This document shows positions 30,737 to 40,301 of a stretch of 64,000 nt of DNA, one piece after another. A program made the position numbers and the translations under genes. The DNA lies in IMG/VR virus record IMGVR_UViG_2534682017_000001. One strand, written 5' to 3'. Origin of the DNA: an uncultured virus (IMG/VR IMGVR_UViG_2534682017_000001). Its lineage: Duplodnaviria; Heunggongvirae; Uroviricota; Caudoviricetes. A model generated the notes under the pieces. The model made no database searches. It was given only the letters and a program-made list of their open reading frames with translations, and had not been told where the DNA came from. The stretch's first letter is position 1; each line of letters opens with the position of its first letter.

Positions 30737-31066
30737 TTAAATTTTCTCTTGGATGAGCTTTTTGCAACGCTCTCTTTCTACTTCCGAAAACTTCTCTAGG
30801 GATTCATAACTATTAAATTCTTTCTTTACTGGCACTTTGTAAATATTTTCAACTAATTCATGTGCAACCTTCTTCTCATTATTTGTGAGCTTATCAAAAG
30901 GAATGTCTTTATTTATTTCATCTTTTGAAAGTCCTGATTGACGTAAAGTCATCATGATGAACGCCATATCACCAATAATGTTGCAATTATCTTCTCTTTC
31001 GACTTTGGCATTAGCATCAAAAGTAAAGAATAGAAAAACCAGTGGAATTAGTTTTAGAAATTTCAT
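30737..31066 (-). CDS. Hypothetical exported protein (moron)
   Basis: Signal peptide ending ANA, two Cys, AT-rich, own terminator. Confidence 0.7.
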   Translation of the reverse strand: MKFLKLIPLVFLFFTFDANAKVEREDNCNIIGDMAFIMMTLRQSGLSKDEINKDIPFDKLTNNEKKVAHELVENIYKVPVKKEFNSYESLEKFSEVERERCKKLIQEKI

Positions 31067-31073
31067 ACGTATA

Positions 31074-31472
31074 TTAATTCACCTTATAGCCAATCGTGAC
31101 ATTATACTGAATGAAGTCAGCATCTTGCCCGATAAAAATTGATTGTCCTTGTAAACATTCAAGATGATCAGCGGTGAAATATTCAAAATGCTGAAGTAAA
31201 GAATCGCTTAGCTCAGTTAAACCTTTCACACCACTGTGATGACGTGCAAAGCACTGGACCATGATATTACCGGTACGGCGAGTACAAGGATTATCAGCAA
31301 TTCCAGAAATAAAGCTGGCTCCACCTGCTATAGTTAAACGACACCACAAGCCTTCCTTCGGAACTTCAAAGCCTGCTGCATTTGGATACTGAATTCTTTC
31401 TTGTGAAATACCGTCAAAACTCATCATATGGTCGATAATAGCTTGCCTTGTCTGCTCTAAAGTCATTGCCAT
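31074..31472 (-). CDS. Tail terminator-like protein
   Basis: 'IQYPN', 'WCRL', synteny. Confidence 0.75.
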   Translation of the reverse strand: MAMTLEQTRQAIIDHMMSFDGISQERIQYPNAAGFEVPKEGLWCRLTIAGGASFISGIADNPCTRRTGNIMVQCFARHHSGVKGLTELSDSLLQHFEYFTADHLECLQGQSIFIGQDADFIQYNVTIGYKVN

Positions 31473-31473
31473 C

Positions 31474-31842
31474 TTAACCACCATACTTTTGACTAATATA
31501 AGTAAATGTAGTGTTGTAAATACCTTGCGGTGCTTGATCAGACCAACCATTCTCTAAACGTTCGGCATATGGCTTATTGTTCTGTATGTAGACCAAATTG
31601 CCCAACTTAAATTTAACAGCTTGAATTGCGGCATCTTGAATAGCATTAGTTTCAGGTCCACGCACACCATAATCACCAGATCCAATCGAAACAATATGTG
31701 AAGCACGATAAGCCCCCGTATCAACAGGACTTGAATTAACTAATGACTGCACAGTATCCATGGCGATTTTCTTTACCTTATCCTCTGCTGTTTTAGCCAC
31801 ATCAAAACTAAAATCAGTTGGCTTTTTCCCCTTCCATCCCAT
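31474..31842 (-). CDS. HK97 gp10-like tail completion protein
   Basis: 'SPVDTGAYRAS', 'PYAERLENGWSDQAP'. Confidence 0.85.
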   Translation of the reverse strand: MGWKGKKPTDFSFDVAKTAEDKVKKIAMDTVQSLVNSSPVDTGAYRASHIVSIGSGDYGVRGPETNAIQDAAIQAVKFKLGNLVYIQNNKPYAERLENGWSDQAPQGIYNTTFTYISQKYGG

Positions 31843-32221
31843 CGTTTACCTCGCTTTCTTCATACATTTTAAAAAGGTCTTTAGCGATCGCTTGAATTGA
31901 ATATGCTTCAAATTCTGAACTAGGCTCTTTTTCTCCCATGAGCTTTTTAACCTTCTGCCAAACATGAACCGCTTCATGCAAAAGCAGTCCATAGACTTCT
32001 ATGGACTTTCTTTCAGAAGTATCGCCCAACTGAACAACTGCATAAGCACCATTGGAATAGAAATCAACTTGTGCGGCTGCGTCTTCAATAGACAAGAACT
32101 TATCAACGTTATTCATATCTTCGAATAACAGATCCATGTGAAGCTGATTTCTAGCAAGTGTGTATTGCACATGCTGAAATGGCGAGATATGCCATAAAGG
32201 AACGTAATCTGTGCTAACCAT
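31814..32221 (-). CDS. Hypothetical phage protein with HExxH motif
   Basis: 'LLHEAVH...EFEAY'. Confidence 0.65.
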   Translation of the reverse strand: MVSTDYVPLWHISPFQHVQYTLARNQLHMDLLFEDMNNVDKFLSIEDAAAQVDFYSNGAYAVVQLGDTSERKSIEVYGLLLHEAVHVWQKVKKLMGEKEPSSEFEAYSIQAIAKDLFKMYEESEVNDGMEGEKAN

Positions 32222-32231
32222 GAATAACCTA

Positions 32232-32402
32232 TTAACTTAGCAAAGGCGTTTCAGTCGCCTCTCTGCCATCAAATGCAATATGAATAAAAATGCCATCCAC
32301 ATATTCGAGATGGCATTCGCAGTGAAAAAATGAATGAGGTTTTAAATCATCATCAGGTACTACCTGAAAGCTGTCATAGACCTCATGTGCAGTCCACGTC
32401 AT
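32232..32402 (-). CDS. Small His/Cys-rich protein, 56 aa (not in ORF track)
   Basis: GGAG RBS; MTWTAHEVYDSFQVVPDDDLKPHSFFHCECH...HIAFDGRE. Confidence 0.55.
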   Translation of the reverse strand: MTWTAHEVYDSFQVVPDDDLKPHSFFHCECHLEYVDGIFIHIAFDGREATETPLLS

Positions 32403-32440
32403 ATTTACTCCAATAAAAAACCCACCGAAGTGGGTTCATT

Positions 32441-32965
32441 TTACTTAAACTTTTTCAAACTTATTTTCTTTGTGTATATTGCTAATGGAGACAACTTTTT
32501 AATTATAGCTTCTGTTGGTTTGTTATATGCATTTAAATCGATTCTAGATTGAATATTAAAATGCATATATTCTTTGGGGTCCTTAGCTTTCAAGGCGTTA
32601 TTTCTAAGTAAAACATAAGTATCTGTAGATACCATATTATAATTAGTAAATAACATGTCTAATTCTTTTTCATGAAGGCAATTTTCTATGAAAAGTGCAC
32701 TGCGCATATTAATTTGAGTGAGATTATTTAATCTTTCAATTTTTTCTTCAATTAATTTTAAATCTTTTTGTGTCTCATATCTCAAGAGTGAAATAATTGT
32801 CATTTCCTCCAAAATATTCTTAAGGAGTTCTTTTACTTCATTTGCGACGACTTCTTTTCCTTTTTGCTTATGCCAAACATGATAAACAAATAATGCAATT
32901 CCAAGTGGAATTATTATTTGAATGAATTTTATTACCAAATCCCAATTTACAATACAAGCTTCCAT
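32441..32965 (-). CDS. Hypothetical single-TM protein (moron)
   Basis: AT-rich, N-terminal TM, own terminator. Confidence 0.65.
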   Translation of the reverse strand: MEACIVNWDLVIKFIQIIIPLGIALFVYHVWHKQKGKEVVANEVKELLKNILEEMTIISLLRYETQKDLKLIEEKIERLNNLTQINMRSALFIENCLHEKELDMLFTNYNMVSTDTYVLLRNNALKAKDPKEYMHFNIQSRIDLNAYNKPTEAIIKKLSPLAIYTKKISLKKFK

Positions 32966-33003
32966 ATATCCCCCTATTTTAGAAAGGATATTAGACCAAG
33001 TAT

Positions 33004-33372
33004 TTAAACCATCCTCAACTGACATTTCCAAATTGTGCTAGCTGGATCCTGCTGAATATGAATTACCTGGAATGAGCCCAACGCTGTTAGCCACTCATCA
33101 TCAATTTTGGGGGCGATTGTCAATTCATTTTGAAGCACGGTAGCCTTCTTATCTGTGGCCAGTACTCCAAGTGTTTGGACCTCATATTGACTGTATGAGC
33201 CAAACAGAACGCCACGACCAGAATAGCTTTCTTTAACTTCAACATGAGTTTCAGTCTTAGGATCCCAATTCTTTTTAGATACTCGTTCACACGTAAAGGT
33301 ATGAACGGCGTCTGCTAAATCTTCACTAAATGCTTCAGCAATTTCTGTCTGAATTTCGTCACGTAAGCCCAT
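33004..33372 (-). CDS. Head closure / head-tail joining protein
   Basis: Synteny; 'QDPASTIWKCQLR'. Confidence 0.7.
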   Translation of the reverse strand: MGLRDEIQTEIAEAFSEDLADAVHTFTCERVSKKNWDPKTETHVEVKESYSGRGVLFGSYSQYEVQTLGVLATDKKATVLQNELTIAPKIDDEWLTALGSFQVIHIQQDPASTIWKCQLRMV

Positions 33373-33752
33373 TAGATTTTCCTAACAAAAATTACAGATC
33401 GCCGTTTGCAGTAAGGTTTGATTAAATCAAGAATGAATTGCTCACTCGCACTAAGTTTTACTGATCCGTCCTGGTATTCCTTTTCAGTTTCTACCGTATC
33501 TGCCTTAACTTTCTTTCGTTTTAGAGCCTGTTCTTGCCCTTGGTATATTTCTCCCTTCATGATGCCTTTTATAACTTCATAGGAAGCCGTTTTTAAGGCT
33601 TTAGGAACCGCTGTTACATCTTCATAAGGCTTAACATTACGCGCTAACAAGTAAGCTTCTGACTTTTCGAGATAGTCAGCTTTATCACTGGCAGATAAAG
33701 CATCAAAGCCTGCTACACGTTCAATTGCTTCTTGTTCAGTGATAAAGCTCAT
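33372..33752 (-). CDS. Head-tail adaptor
   Basis: Synteny; 'VPKALKTASYE...KVKADTVETEKEY'. Confidence 0.7.
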   Translation of the reverse strand: MSFITEQEAIERVAGFDALSASDKADYLEKSEAYLLARNVKPYEDVTAVPKALKTASYEVIKGIMKGEIYQGQEQALKRKKVKADTVETEKEYQDGSVKLSASEQFILDLIKPYCKRRSVIFVRKI

Positions 33753-33755
33753 GGA

Positions 33756-34076
33756 TTATTCCTTTGGATCTTGTGGAATTAAAGCAATCAATTCTGGCTT
33801 TAATGCCGACTGTTTAAACTCGATGCCCTTGTCAGTTAGAAAAGCCTTAATTTGGTCGACCTTCCAGTTTTCATAATCACCGGGTGTAGGTCCATCTAAT
33901 GGATCAGGTATTCCTTTACCAGCTTCTAATTCAGCAATACGTGCTTTCATTGCATCAGGATCATTCTGAAAGGCAATAAACTCACCTTTTAAGGTTGCCA
34001 GTTGTTCTTCGAGTTCAGTTACTTTTGCTTGTGCCATTTGACGTTCTCTCATGCGGTTAAATGCGGATAGGCCCAT
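33756..34076 (-). CDS. HeH/LEM-like domain head-associated protein
   Basis: 'WKVDQIKAFLTDKGIEFKQSALKPELIALI'. Confidence 0.7.
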   Translation of the reverse strand: MGLSAFNRMRERQMAQAKVTELEEQLATLKGEFIAFQNDPDAMKARIAELEAGKGIPDPLDGPTPGDYENWKVDQIKAFLTDKGIEFKQSALKPELIALIPQDPKE

Positions 34077-34118
34077 TGATTTATCTCCAAAAGAAAAGGC
34101 GGATAATTCCGCCCGTCT

Positions 34119-35069
34119 TTATTTAACTTTGTGCTTGAACGCCACAATACGAATCTGCTTTGGATCGTAGACGCGTTCCCAGTTGGCATCAGATGAAAGA
34201 CCTGCATTATTTGGCGCAACACCCATTGCACCAGCCCATTTGATACCACGAGGATGCAAAACAAAGTGACGGCGGTTAATGAGAATGTCAGAGCCCGCGA
34301 GACTATCCCGGTCAGTCTCAACCCCTACGGGTGCACCGATATCCTGAAAACCGATAGCGCCTTGCCCGAACAGGAATGATGTGAATACATCACCATCAAC
34401 TGGCATACCGTCATCGACAATCACACGGCGATCCATGAAGGTTTTATAGAGCACCACACCATCTGCATCACGTACGGTTTCAATCAAGCCCTGTTTGGCT
34501 AGTGCAGCCATGGTTGCCGAATGCATGGCAATAGCCGTTAATTTATCGACGGCATCCCCCAGCTTGTATGAGGCATCGATAAATGAAACACCATCAATAA
34601 CTGCCGCGGCTCCAGTACCAGCAGAGATGTCATGTGTATTGCTTGCCATACTTGCAGAACCAAACACACCTTTAAGCGTATTCACGGTAAAGCCTTGAAA
34701 CTCACGTGCCCAGTAATCAGCAACCAGGTCACCAACTGCGCCAAGTGGATCGTCACCAGATAAAGCTTTTGCCAGATCATTGGCACCCCATGCCTTACCA
34801 CGTGCATGCAAAATAGCAATATCCTGACCCGCTGCAATGTTGTTTACGGTTAGAGGTGTTGCATCTGAAAGTACTTCAGACTCACCGTCTAAATCGTTCC
34901 AGAACGGGATATTTACGGTGGAACCGCCTTGTGTACCGAATGCAACTTCAACATCCAGCTCCCCTACAATTCCCGACTGCCATAAAGCAGATTTCTTTGC
35001 AGTTTTATTTAAAACGTACTGAGTGAATAACTCGGGTACGATTACATCAGCAATTTTTGTCTCAGCCAT
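34119..35069 (-). CDS. Major capsid protein
   Basis: 'TKIADVIVPELF', 'HPRGIKW', follows scaffold. Confidence 0.9.
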   Translation of the reverse strand: MAETKIADVIVPELFTQYVLNKTAKKSALWQSGIVGELDVEVAFGTQGGSTVNIPFWNDLDGESEVLSDATPLTVNNIAAGQDIAILHARGKAWGANDLAKALSGDDPLGAVGDLVADYWAREFQGFTVNTLKGVFGSASMASNTHDISAGTGAAAVIDGVSFIDASYKLGDAVDKLTAIAMHSATMAALAKQGLIETVRDADGVVLYKTFMDRRVIVDDGMPVDGDVFTSFLFGQGAIGFQDIGAPVGVETDRDSLAGSDILINRRHFVLHPRGIKWAGAMGVAPNNAGLSSDANWERVYDPKQIRIVAFKHKVK

Positions 35070-35082
35070 TAGGCTTTACTCC

Positions 35083-35874
35083 TTAAAGATTAATACCGTG
35101 TTTTGCAGCTAACTCTTTAGCTAGTTGCGGATTTTCATTTCGTAATTGGGCAAGTTTGGTTAGGTTCACCGAACCGTCTGGTTTGGTAATATCGACCTGT
35201 CCTTTTGTATTGGTACTACCTGGTGAACCTGTTCCATTTGCTTTAGGCCAGAAATAAGGCTTTTGCTCACGCAAGGTTTCGACCCATTCTTTTGGTGATA
35301 GCGCCGTCTTACCGTCTTTCCCAATGATTACTTCGCCTTGTGTATCGACTGCTACGGCCTTACCGTTTTCATCGAGTACAAATTTAGAATGGGCAAGAAA
35401 TGCGATATCTGCTGTTGCTTCCGGCAAAGCCTCCAGCTCAAGAGCAGCCTGTACAATCTGGCTTTGAACAACCGACTGCTTGAACTTGTTGGCATAAGCT
35501 TCAGCTTTATCAGCCCGTTCTTTTTCGGCATTGAGTAACTTGTCATGCTGTTCACGCATCTTTTCGGTACGTTTCTGGATGACTTCACTCACCTTACCTT
35601 CAGCAATTAATTTTGCATCTTCATCCTGCTCCAGTTGGGCAAACAGTTTTTTGACTGTTTCCGGATCAATACCTTCATACTGTTTCTGAAGCTTCTGGAG
35701 TTCCTGCTTTGCTGTCTTGGCGGCATCACGCTCGCTTTGAAGTGCAGATTTAAGTCCTTTTGGATCTTCGTAGCCATCCAGATCAAGGCGAAACTTCCCG
35801 TCTTCCTCGACATACAAGCCACGATGTTCTTCTTTAACGTCGTCCAGTGAATCAACAATAAATGGCAGTGACAT
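35083..35874 (-). CDS. Capsid scaffolding protein
   Basis: Charged coiled coil upstream of capsid; 'GLKSALQSER'. Confidence 0.8.
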   Translation of the reverse strand: MSLPFIVDSLDDVKEEHRGLYVEEDGKFRLDLDGYEDPKGLKSALQSERDAAKTAKQELQKLQKQYEGIDPETVKKLFAQLEQDEDAKLIAEGKVSEVIQKRTEKMREQHDKLLNAEKERADKAEAYANKFKQSVVQSQIVQAALELEALPEATADIAFLAHSKFVLDENGKAVAVDTQGEVIIGKDGKTALSPKEWVETLREQKPYFWPKANGTGSPGSTNTKGQVDITKPDGSVNLTKLAQLRNENPQLAKELAAKHGINL

Positions 35875-35958
35875 GTTCAAACCTCTCGTTTGATTAAGTT
35901 GAGCCTTATCTCAAGGCAATAAAAAACCGCCCGAAGGCGGTACGTTGTAAGAGTGCAA

Positions 35959-36090
35959 TTATTTCAGCGCCAAAATAATCGCGATAACAATGATTCCTAA
36001 GGCTAAGCCCAAATTGGTAATTGCCTGCATTAGTCCTGCACGGTCAGCACCTTTCTCGCTCATTTTTCCATCTACCTTTAATTTAGACAT
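35959..36090 (-). CDS. Small single-TM protein, 43 aa (not in ORF track)
   Basis: MSKLKVDGKMSEKGADRAGLMQAITNLGLALGIIVIAIILALK*; start uncertain. Confidence 0.4.
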   Translation of the reverse strand: MSKLKVDGKMSEKGADRAGLMQAITNLGLALGIIVIAIILALK

Positions 36091-36129
36091 AAAAAAACCA
36101 CCTCTTGGTGGTGTGCTATTAAGTACATC

Positions 36130-36660
36130 TCAATGCTTTGGATCAAAATCTAATTTGTATTGAGCTTGCTTAACCAAGTCATCTAATTTACTTAATATTT
36201 TTGGTTTAACTTGCTTACCACCCACACTCAAGATACGCCCAGCATTTGATAGTGTTTCAGTCCACTGTTCAGCAAGCAAAGTTAGCTTTCCAATTTCTAG
36301 TTGAACACCTGCAAAGGTATCTCGAGCAATTTTTTCTTGTTCAATATAGTATTTTCTAATTTCATGCCCTTTATCATTGCGTTCCATCATCCCTAAATGT
36401 TTAGTCATATCTACCGATATAATATATTCAATAACTGTTTGGCCTGTTTTTGAAAGCTCGTCTTTTTTGACGACCTTTATATAATCAAAATTTTCTTCAA
36501 ATTTACATTGATAGATTCGCCGCTTAATCCAATGTGAAAAATCGGATTTAACCTCTAACATCTCATGTAAATCCCGAGCATTAACACCAAGTTGAACTTC
36601 TCCATTTAAATCAAACTCAACAAATGGTGTCTGATTTTCAATTTTCATAATTTCATTCAT
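36130..36660 (-). CDS. AntA/AntB-family antirepressor
   Basis: 'VNARDLHEML...FSHWIKRRI...FEENFDY', 'IRKYYIE'. Confidence 0.85.
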   Translation of the reverse strand: MNEIMKIENQTPFVEFDLNGEVQLGVNARDLHEMLEVKSDFSHWIKRRIYQCKFEENFDYIKVVKKDELSKTGQTVIEYIISVDMTKHLGMMERNDKGHEIRKYYIEQEKIARDTFAGVQLEIGKLTLLAEQWTETLSNAGRILSVGGKQVKPKILSKLDDLVKQAQYKLDFDPKH

Positions 36661-36790
36661 ATCGCTTACCTCGTTACCTTATAAAAAAAGCCGCATAGAC
36701 ATGTGGTAACGAGACACATCTACACGGCTAAACTTTTCAAAAAGAACTGGCAAGCACACTGAATATGAAAAGCGTGCTTTTTGAACCGTG
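36661..36790 (-). ncRNA. Structured cis-regulatory leader of the antA-like gene (terminator hairpin + pseudoknot)
   Basis: 16-bp stem (36689-36704/36714-36729) with 4 G-U pairs on the minus strand, U tract, 9-nt loop complementary to 36670-36678 at the RBS. Confidence 0.65.
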
Positions 36791-36962
36791 GTTCTAGCCA
36801 ATATTGAGTTACCTAAATTTCAGGCATAAAAAAACCACCTCGAAAGGTGGTTTAGAATTTCTTAACAATTGGCACGTATTTGTTATGAAAACAAGACATT
36901 TGCACAACTATTCATTGTGGTAAAAATTAGCCCAAAACTGTTTCTGCTGTCAAGACTTTAAA

Positions 36963-37814
36963 CTATGACTTAATCAAACTACATTCGAGCAATGTCGAAT
37001 AACCTATTCCACCTTTATGCCAGTCATGACCATTAGCTAATTCAAATATAGGTATGTAGACGTCTCGCCCTACCAACTGTCTGGCATCTTCAGCACCGAA
37101 CTTAAAATGGTCATGAATTCCATGTCCCATAGATGGACCAAGTTTTCGGATAGACTCGCCAAACTCTGACCACCAGTGATTAAGCCAAAGCATGTGACGA
37201 GCTATAGAATCCACCTGCTTAGATTCATATTGCTGTTTCTTATCTGCTTGGCTATATAAGGCTATTAAGTGATGCACGTACTCAACGGCGACTGGAATCA
37301 CATCGTACGGGATTTCGTCGATGCTTTTAACATTGAACCGTTGATGAACTAATTTATATGCTTCGCTATAGTTTAAATGCCTAGTTTTAGACACAAGCAT
37401 ATTTACAGAGCTGGTGAGTGGTTCACGTTCTGATTTATGAGTTTTGGACAGAATATCTTTTCGATGGAAGTAACAATCTTCTAATTGCTCAAACACTTCC
37501 CATGCTTGGTCTGTGTCTAGCATCTTGGCATGACGTGCAGCACCACGTTCTGTCCAGAGTGTTAATGCTCGTGCATTTGGACTGACTATCTTTAAGCTAG
37601 TTAGTGCTTTTTTAAAATTTCTTAATTCTTCACCAACTAATTTAAAAAAATGTTTACCTTCAACAAAACGTTCCAAATTTCTTATATGGTTTTGTTGGAT
37701 ACGAATATTTTCAGTTCCATATAAGTCTGCCAGCATTTCAGTAGTGACCACTGGAATAGCCTTATAGTTAATAACGGAAATTTCTTGATCATTTATATTT
37801 GCAACAATGTTCAT
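36963..37814 (-). CDS. ORF6N-domain antirepressor with P22 Ant-like C-terminal domain
   Basis: 'VVTTEMLADLYGT', 'LWTERGAARHAKMLDTDQAWEVFEQLED'. Confidence 0.85.
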   Translation of the reverse strand: MNIVANINDQEISVINYKAIPVVTTEMLADLYGTENIRIQQNHIRNLERFVEGKHFFKLVGEELRNFKKALTSLKIVSPNARALTLWTERGAARHAKMLDTDQAWEVFEQLEDCYFHRKDILSKTHKSEREPLTSSVNMLVSKTRHLNYSEAYKLVHQRFNVKSIDEIPYDVIPVAVEYVHHLIALYSQADKKQQYESKQVDSIARHMLWLNHWWSEFGESIRKLGPSMGHGIHDHFKFGAEDARQLVGRDVYIPIFELANGHDWHKGGIGYSTLLECSLIKS

Positions 37815-37906
37815 AGCAAGCCACCTTGTGGTACATGACAGCGCCCTACTGCTCTGTCTTTTATCTTGCTACAATTATGTGCTCATTTTGGGCACAAAAT
37901 CAATAT

Positions 37907-38161
37907 TTACTGATCTAATATTTTTTTTAGCAGCTCAACAGTTTGAGTAACTTCAACTTGTCTATGTTGTGCATGCATAAATAGTTCACTTGTTATACCT
38001 GTAGGTATAGGCCTATCCCCATCTAACCAATGATTAATCCTACGTCTATCGACACCTAAAAACTCAGCAAGTTGAATTTTATAACCATTGCCATATAAGG
38101 CCTTACCAACACTTTCAAGTTGTTCAGGTGTGAGACTACGGTTGCCATTTGAGTCAGACAT
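37907..38161 (-). CDS. Small HTH transcriptional regulator
   Basis: 'QLAEFLGVDRRRINHWLDG'. Confidence 0.75.
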   Translation of the reverse strand: MSDSNGNRSLTPEQLESVGKALYGNGYKIQLAEFLGVDRRRINHWLDGDRPIPTGITSELFMHAQHRQVEVTQTVELLKKILDQ

Positions 38162-38430
38162 AGGGACGAAACTTCCAAAATATAAACAGGCTATGAAAAT
38201 ATAGGCAAAACTATAAATTTATAGCCTATTTTATGCATAAATGTATAAAAAATTAGAGAAAATATACATAAACGTATAAAAAAATTAGGTAAAGACTGTT
38301 TTTTCTATATATTTTTAGAGAAAACATTTATATCTGTTTATATTTTGAGGGTACGAAGCACTTAAGATGCTCCACAAATAAACTTGATAATTACAAATGA
38401 TTTGAATGAACAAATTGTAAGGGTGAATTC

Positions 38431-38931
38431 ATGATCTTAGATCGACAGTTACAGCTAGAACTATTAAATAAAATGAGTACGACATATCCTGAATACTATG
38501 ATTTTAGAGATGAATATGAATACGGTACTGATGCATATAACAAAGTTGTAGCTAATCTAACATACCTAATTCAACATGATTTGATAGAAGAAAGGAGCCT
38601 ATTATTTTCACGTTCTATGAGTGGAAAGAAACAACCCCAAATTCATCTCCCAACTATCAATCACAATGGGATGGATTTTCTGGCTGATGACGGTGGTTTA
38701 TCTGCAATACTTGGTGTGGTTACTATTAAATTTGAAGCAAATCAGTTAAAAGCAATCCTAGAAGCTAAAATTATGGCTTCGGATCTGTCTCCTGAACGTA
38801 AGCAATCAATGATTGATGTGCTGCGAGAGCTTCCTGCCGAGAGTATAAAACACCTGACAACGAAAATTGTGGATACGGGTTATGACAATCTTGAGTCTCT
38901 AATGAACTTAATTCAAAGCACCCTTTTTTAG
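38431..38931 (+). CDS. Hypothetical protein (moron, opposite to late operon)
   Basis: 166 aa; 'NLTYLIQHDLI', 'GMDFLADDGGLSAILGVVTIK'. Confidence 0.75.
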   Translation: MILDRQLQLELLNKMSTTYPEYYDFRDEYEYGTDAYNKVVANLTYLIQHDLIEERSLLFSRSMSGKKQPQIHLPTINHNGMDFLADDGGLSAILGVVTIKFEANQLKAILEAKIMASDLSPERKQSMIDVLRELPAESIKHLTTKIVDTGYDNLESLMNLIQSTLF

Positions 38932-39085
38932 CTATTTGCTTAAACTTTAAGAATCCAATTGGCTGAGTATAATCACCTACAGGAACATAAAACTCTTTGC
39001 AATCTAATTGAATATTTTCAAAATAAATTTGTGTTGAGTTTGGATATAATCGATTTTCGATAAAAACAATATTTTCAATTTTCAT
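38771..39085 (-). CDS. Hypothetical protein overlapping the 3' end of 38431-38931
   Basis: GAGGT RBS before MKIENIVF, but 161-nt convergent overlap. Confidence 0.4.
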   Translation of the reverse strand: MKIENIVFIENRLYPNSTQIYFENIQLDCKEFYVPVGDYTQPIGFLKFKQIAKKGCFELSSLETQDCHNPYPQFSLSGVLYSRQEALAAHQSLIAYVQETDPKP

Positions 39086-39234
39086 AAATACCTCAGGAAT
39101 CAATATGTCGCGAAATATACTTATTATCATTGTAATTTTATTGCTAATTTGGATAACTAATTCTGGAAATATGCCTTCCTTAGTAGACCTCGGCCATAAA
39201 ATTGCTGAAAACCTATTTCCTCCAGTAAAACATT

Positions 39235-39260
39235 AAAAAAAAGCACCGTGAGGTGCTTTT
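39235..39260 (-). terminator. Intrinsic terminator after the membrane-protein pair
   Basis: AAAAGCACC-tcac-GGTGCTTTTTTTT on minus strand. Confidence 0.75.
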
Positions 39261-39666
39261 AACTATGAGTCATAACAATTTTTTTGGCTATATCAACTAA
39301 ATGTTCAAAATATGCTTTTCTATTTTTATCAGTCTTTTGAAAAACGGCTGACTGTAGGAGGCTTCTCTTACTATCATCCAACTTAAGAAATACATTAGTA
39401 AAAACCTTTTCATCAAAATTAGTTTTGCTTATATATTTTGAAGCTAACGTTTTTTGTAAATCTAGCTCTTCAGAGTCTTTAAGTAGTTTCAAGAACTCCT
39501 TTTCTTTTATTAAGAGATCTACATACTCTTTTTCTGCTTTTCTTAATTCTAAATATTGTTTCCGAGTTACATAAAGAGATAACACAAGAGCAAAAGCAGA
39601 AAAGACAGTTATCATGATTGAGAGAATTCCATGATTATTTTCGAGAAAGTTTAAAATTTCTTGCAT
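39259..39666 (-). CDS. Hypothetical single-TM protein
   Basis: GGAGGT RBS, N-terminal TM. Confidence 0.7.
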   Translation of the reverse strand: MQEILNFLENNHGILSIMITVFSAFALVLSLYVTRKQYLELRKAEKEYVDLLIKEKEFLKLLKDSEELDLQKTLASKYISKTNFDEKVFTNVFLKLDDSKRSLLQSAVFQKTDKNRKAYFEHLVDIAKKIVMTHS

Positions 39667-39681
39667 TTCGACACCTCCCTA

Positions 39682-40071
39682 CTACTTTTGCCCAAAAATT
39701 TTGAATGCTTGTTTTTCATAGACATGTCTATTATATCTTTCTAGTGCATGAGGTACAAATATGGTAATTAATGCCATAATCGACCACAGTTGAATATCAA
39801 AAACAAGCTTAGGATTACTCACGGTAGCACCATATAAAACAGAGAAAATTATTCCTATAAAAATACAAAGAATTGCAATAATAGAATTAGTCGAAGAAGC
39901 TCCGATAGTCATCGCATAAATAGCTATTGTTATTGTATAAGAGCTGTTAGATATCTTATCAATCAATAACCATTCAATAAATAATGGCAATAGGGGCAAT
40001 AACATATGTACAAGTATACATATTATAAATGCTGTCCAATGTTCATCAATTCCAGAAATTTTTTTAGCCAT
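39682..40071 (-). CDS. Hypothetical 4-TM protein
   Basis: 'HMLLPLLPLFIE', four hydrophobic segments, 'HALERYNRH'. Confidence 0.7.
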   Translation of the reverse strand: MAKKISGIDEHWTAFIICILVHMLLPLLPLFIEWLLIDKISNSSYTITIAIYAMTIGASSTNSIIAILCIFIGIIFSVLYGATVSNPKLVFDIQLWSIMALITIFVPHALERYNRHVYEKQAFKIFGQK

Positions 40072-40301
40072 ATTTAAAGTACAAGCTTATTTTAGCGAAA
40101 TAATAGCTTTTTACCTTAAATCAAACAAGATAATTCATTCTTCTTTAAATCTTAACTATTAGAAATTTAAATAAAATTCTCTTATTTTTTAAGCTATATT
40201 AATCCTCAACTCTTTCGATTGAATGAAAATAAAAAGATAGGAGTTGCAGTCCTTTGCTTCTGACTATTTTGAATAATAAACTGTTATTTAATTTCAAACG
40301 G

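Noticed and set aside
38236..38288. Direct repeat CATAAA(T/C)GTATAAAAAATTAG upstream of the HTH gene
   Set aside because: Low complexity in a very AT-rich spacer; possible operator but not supportable
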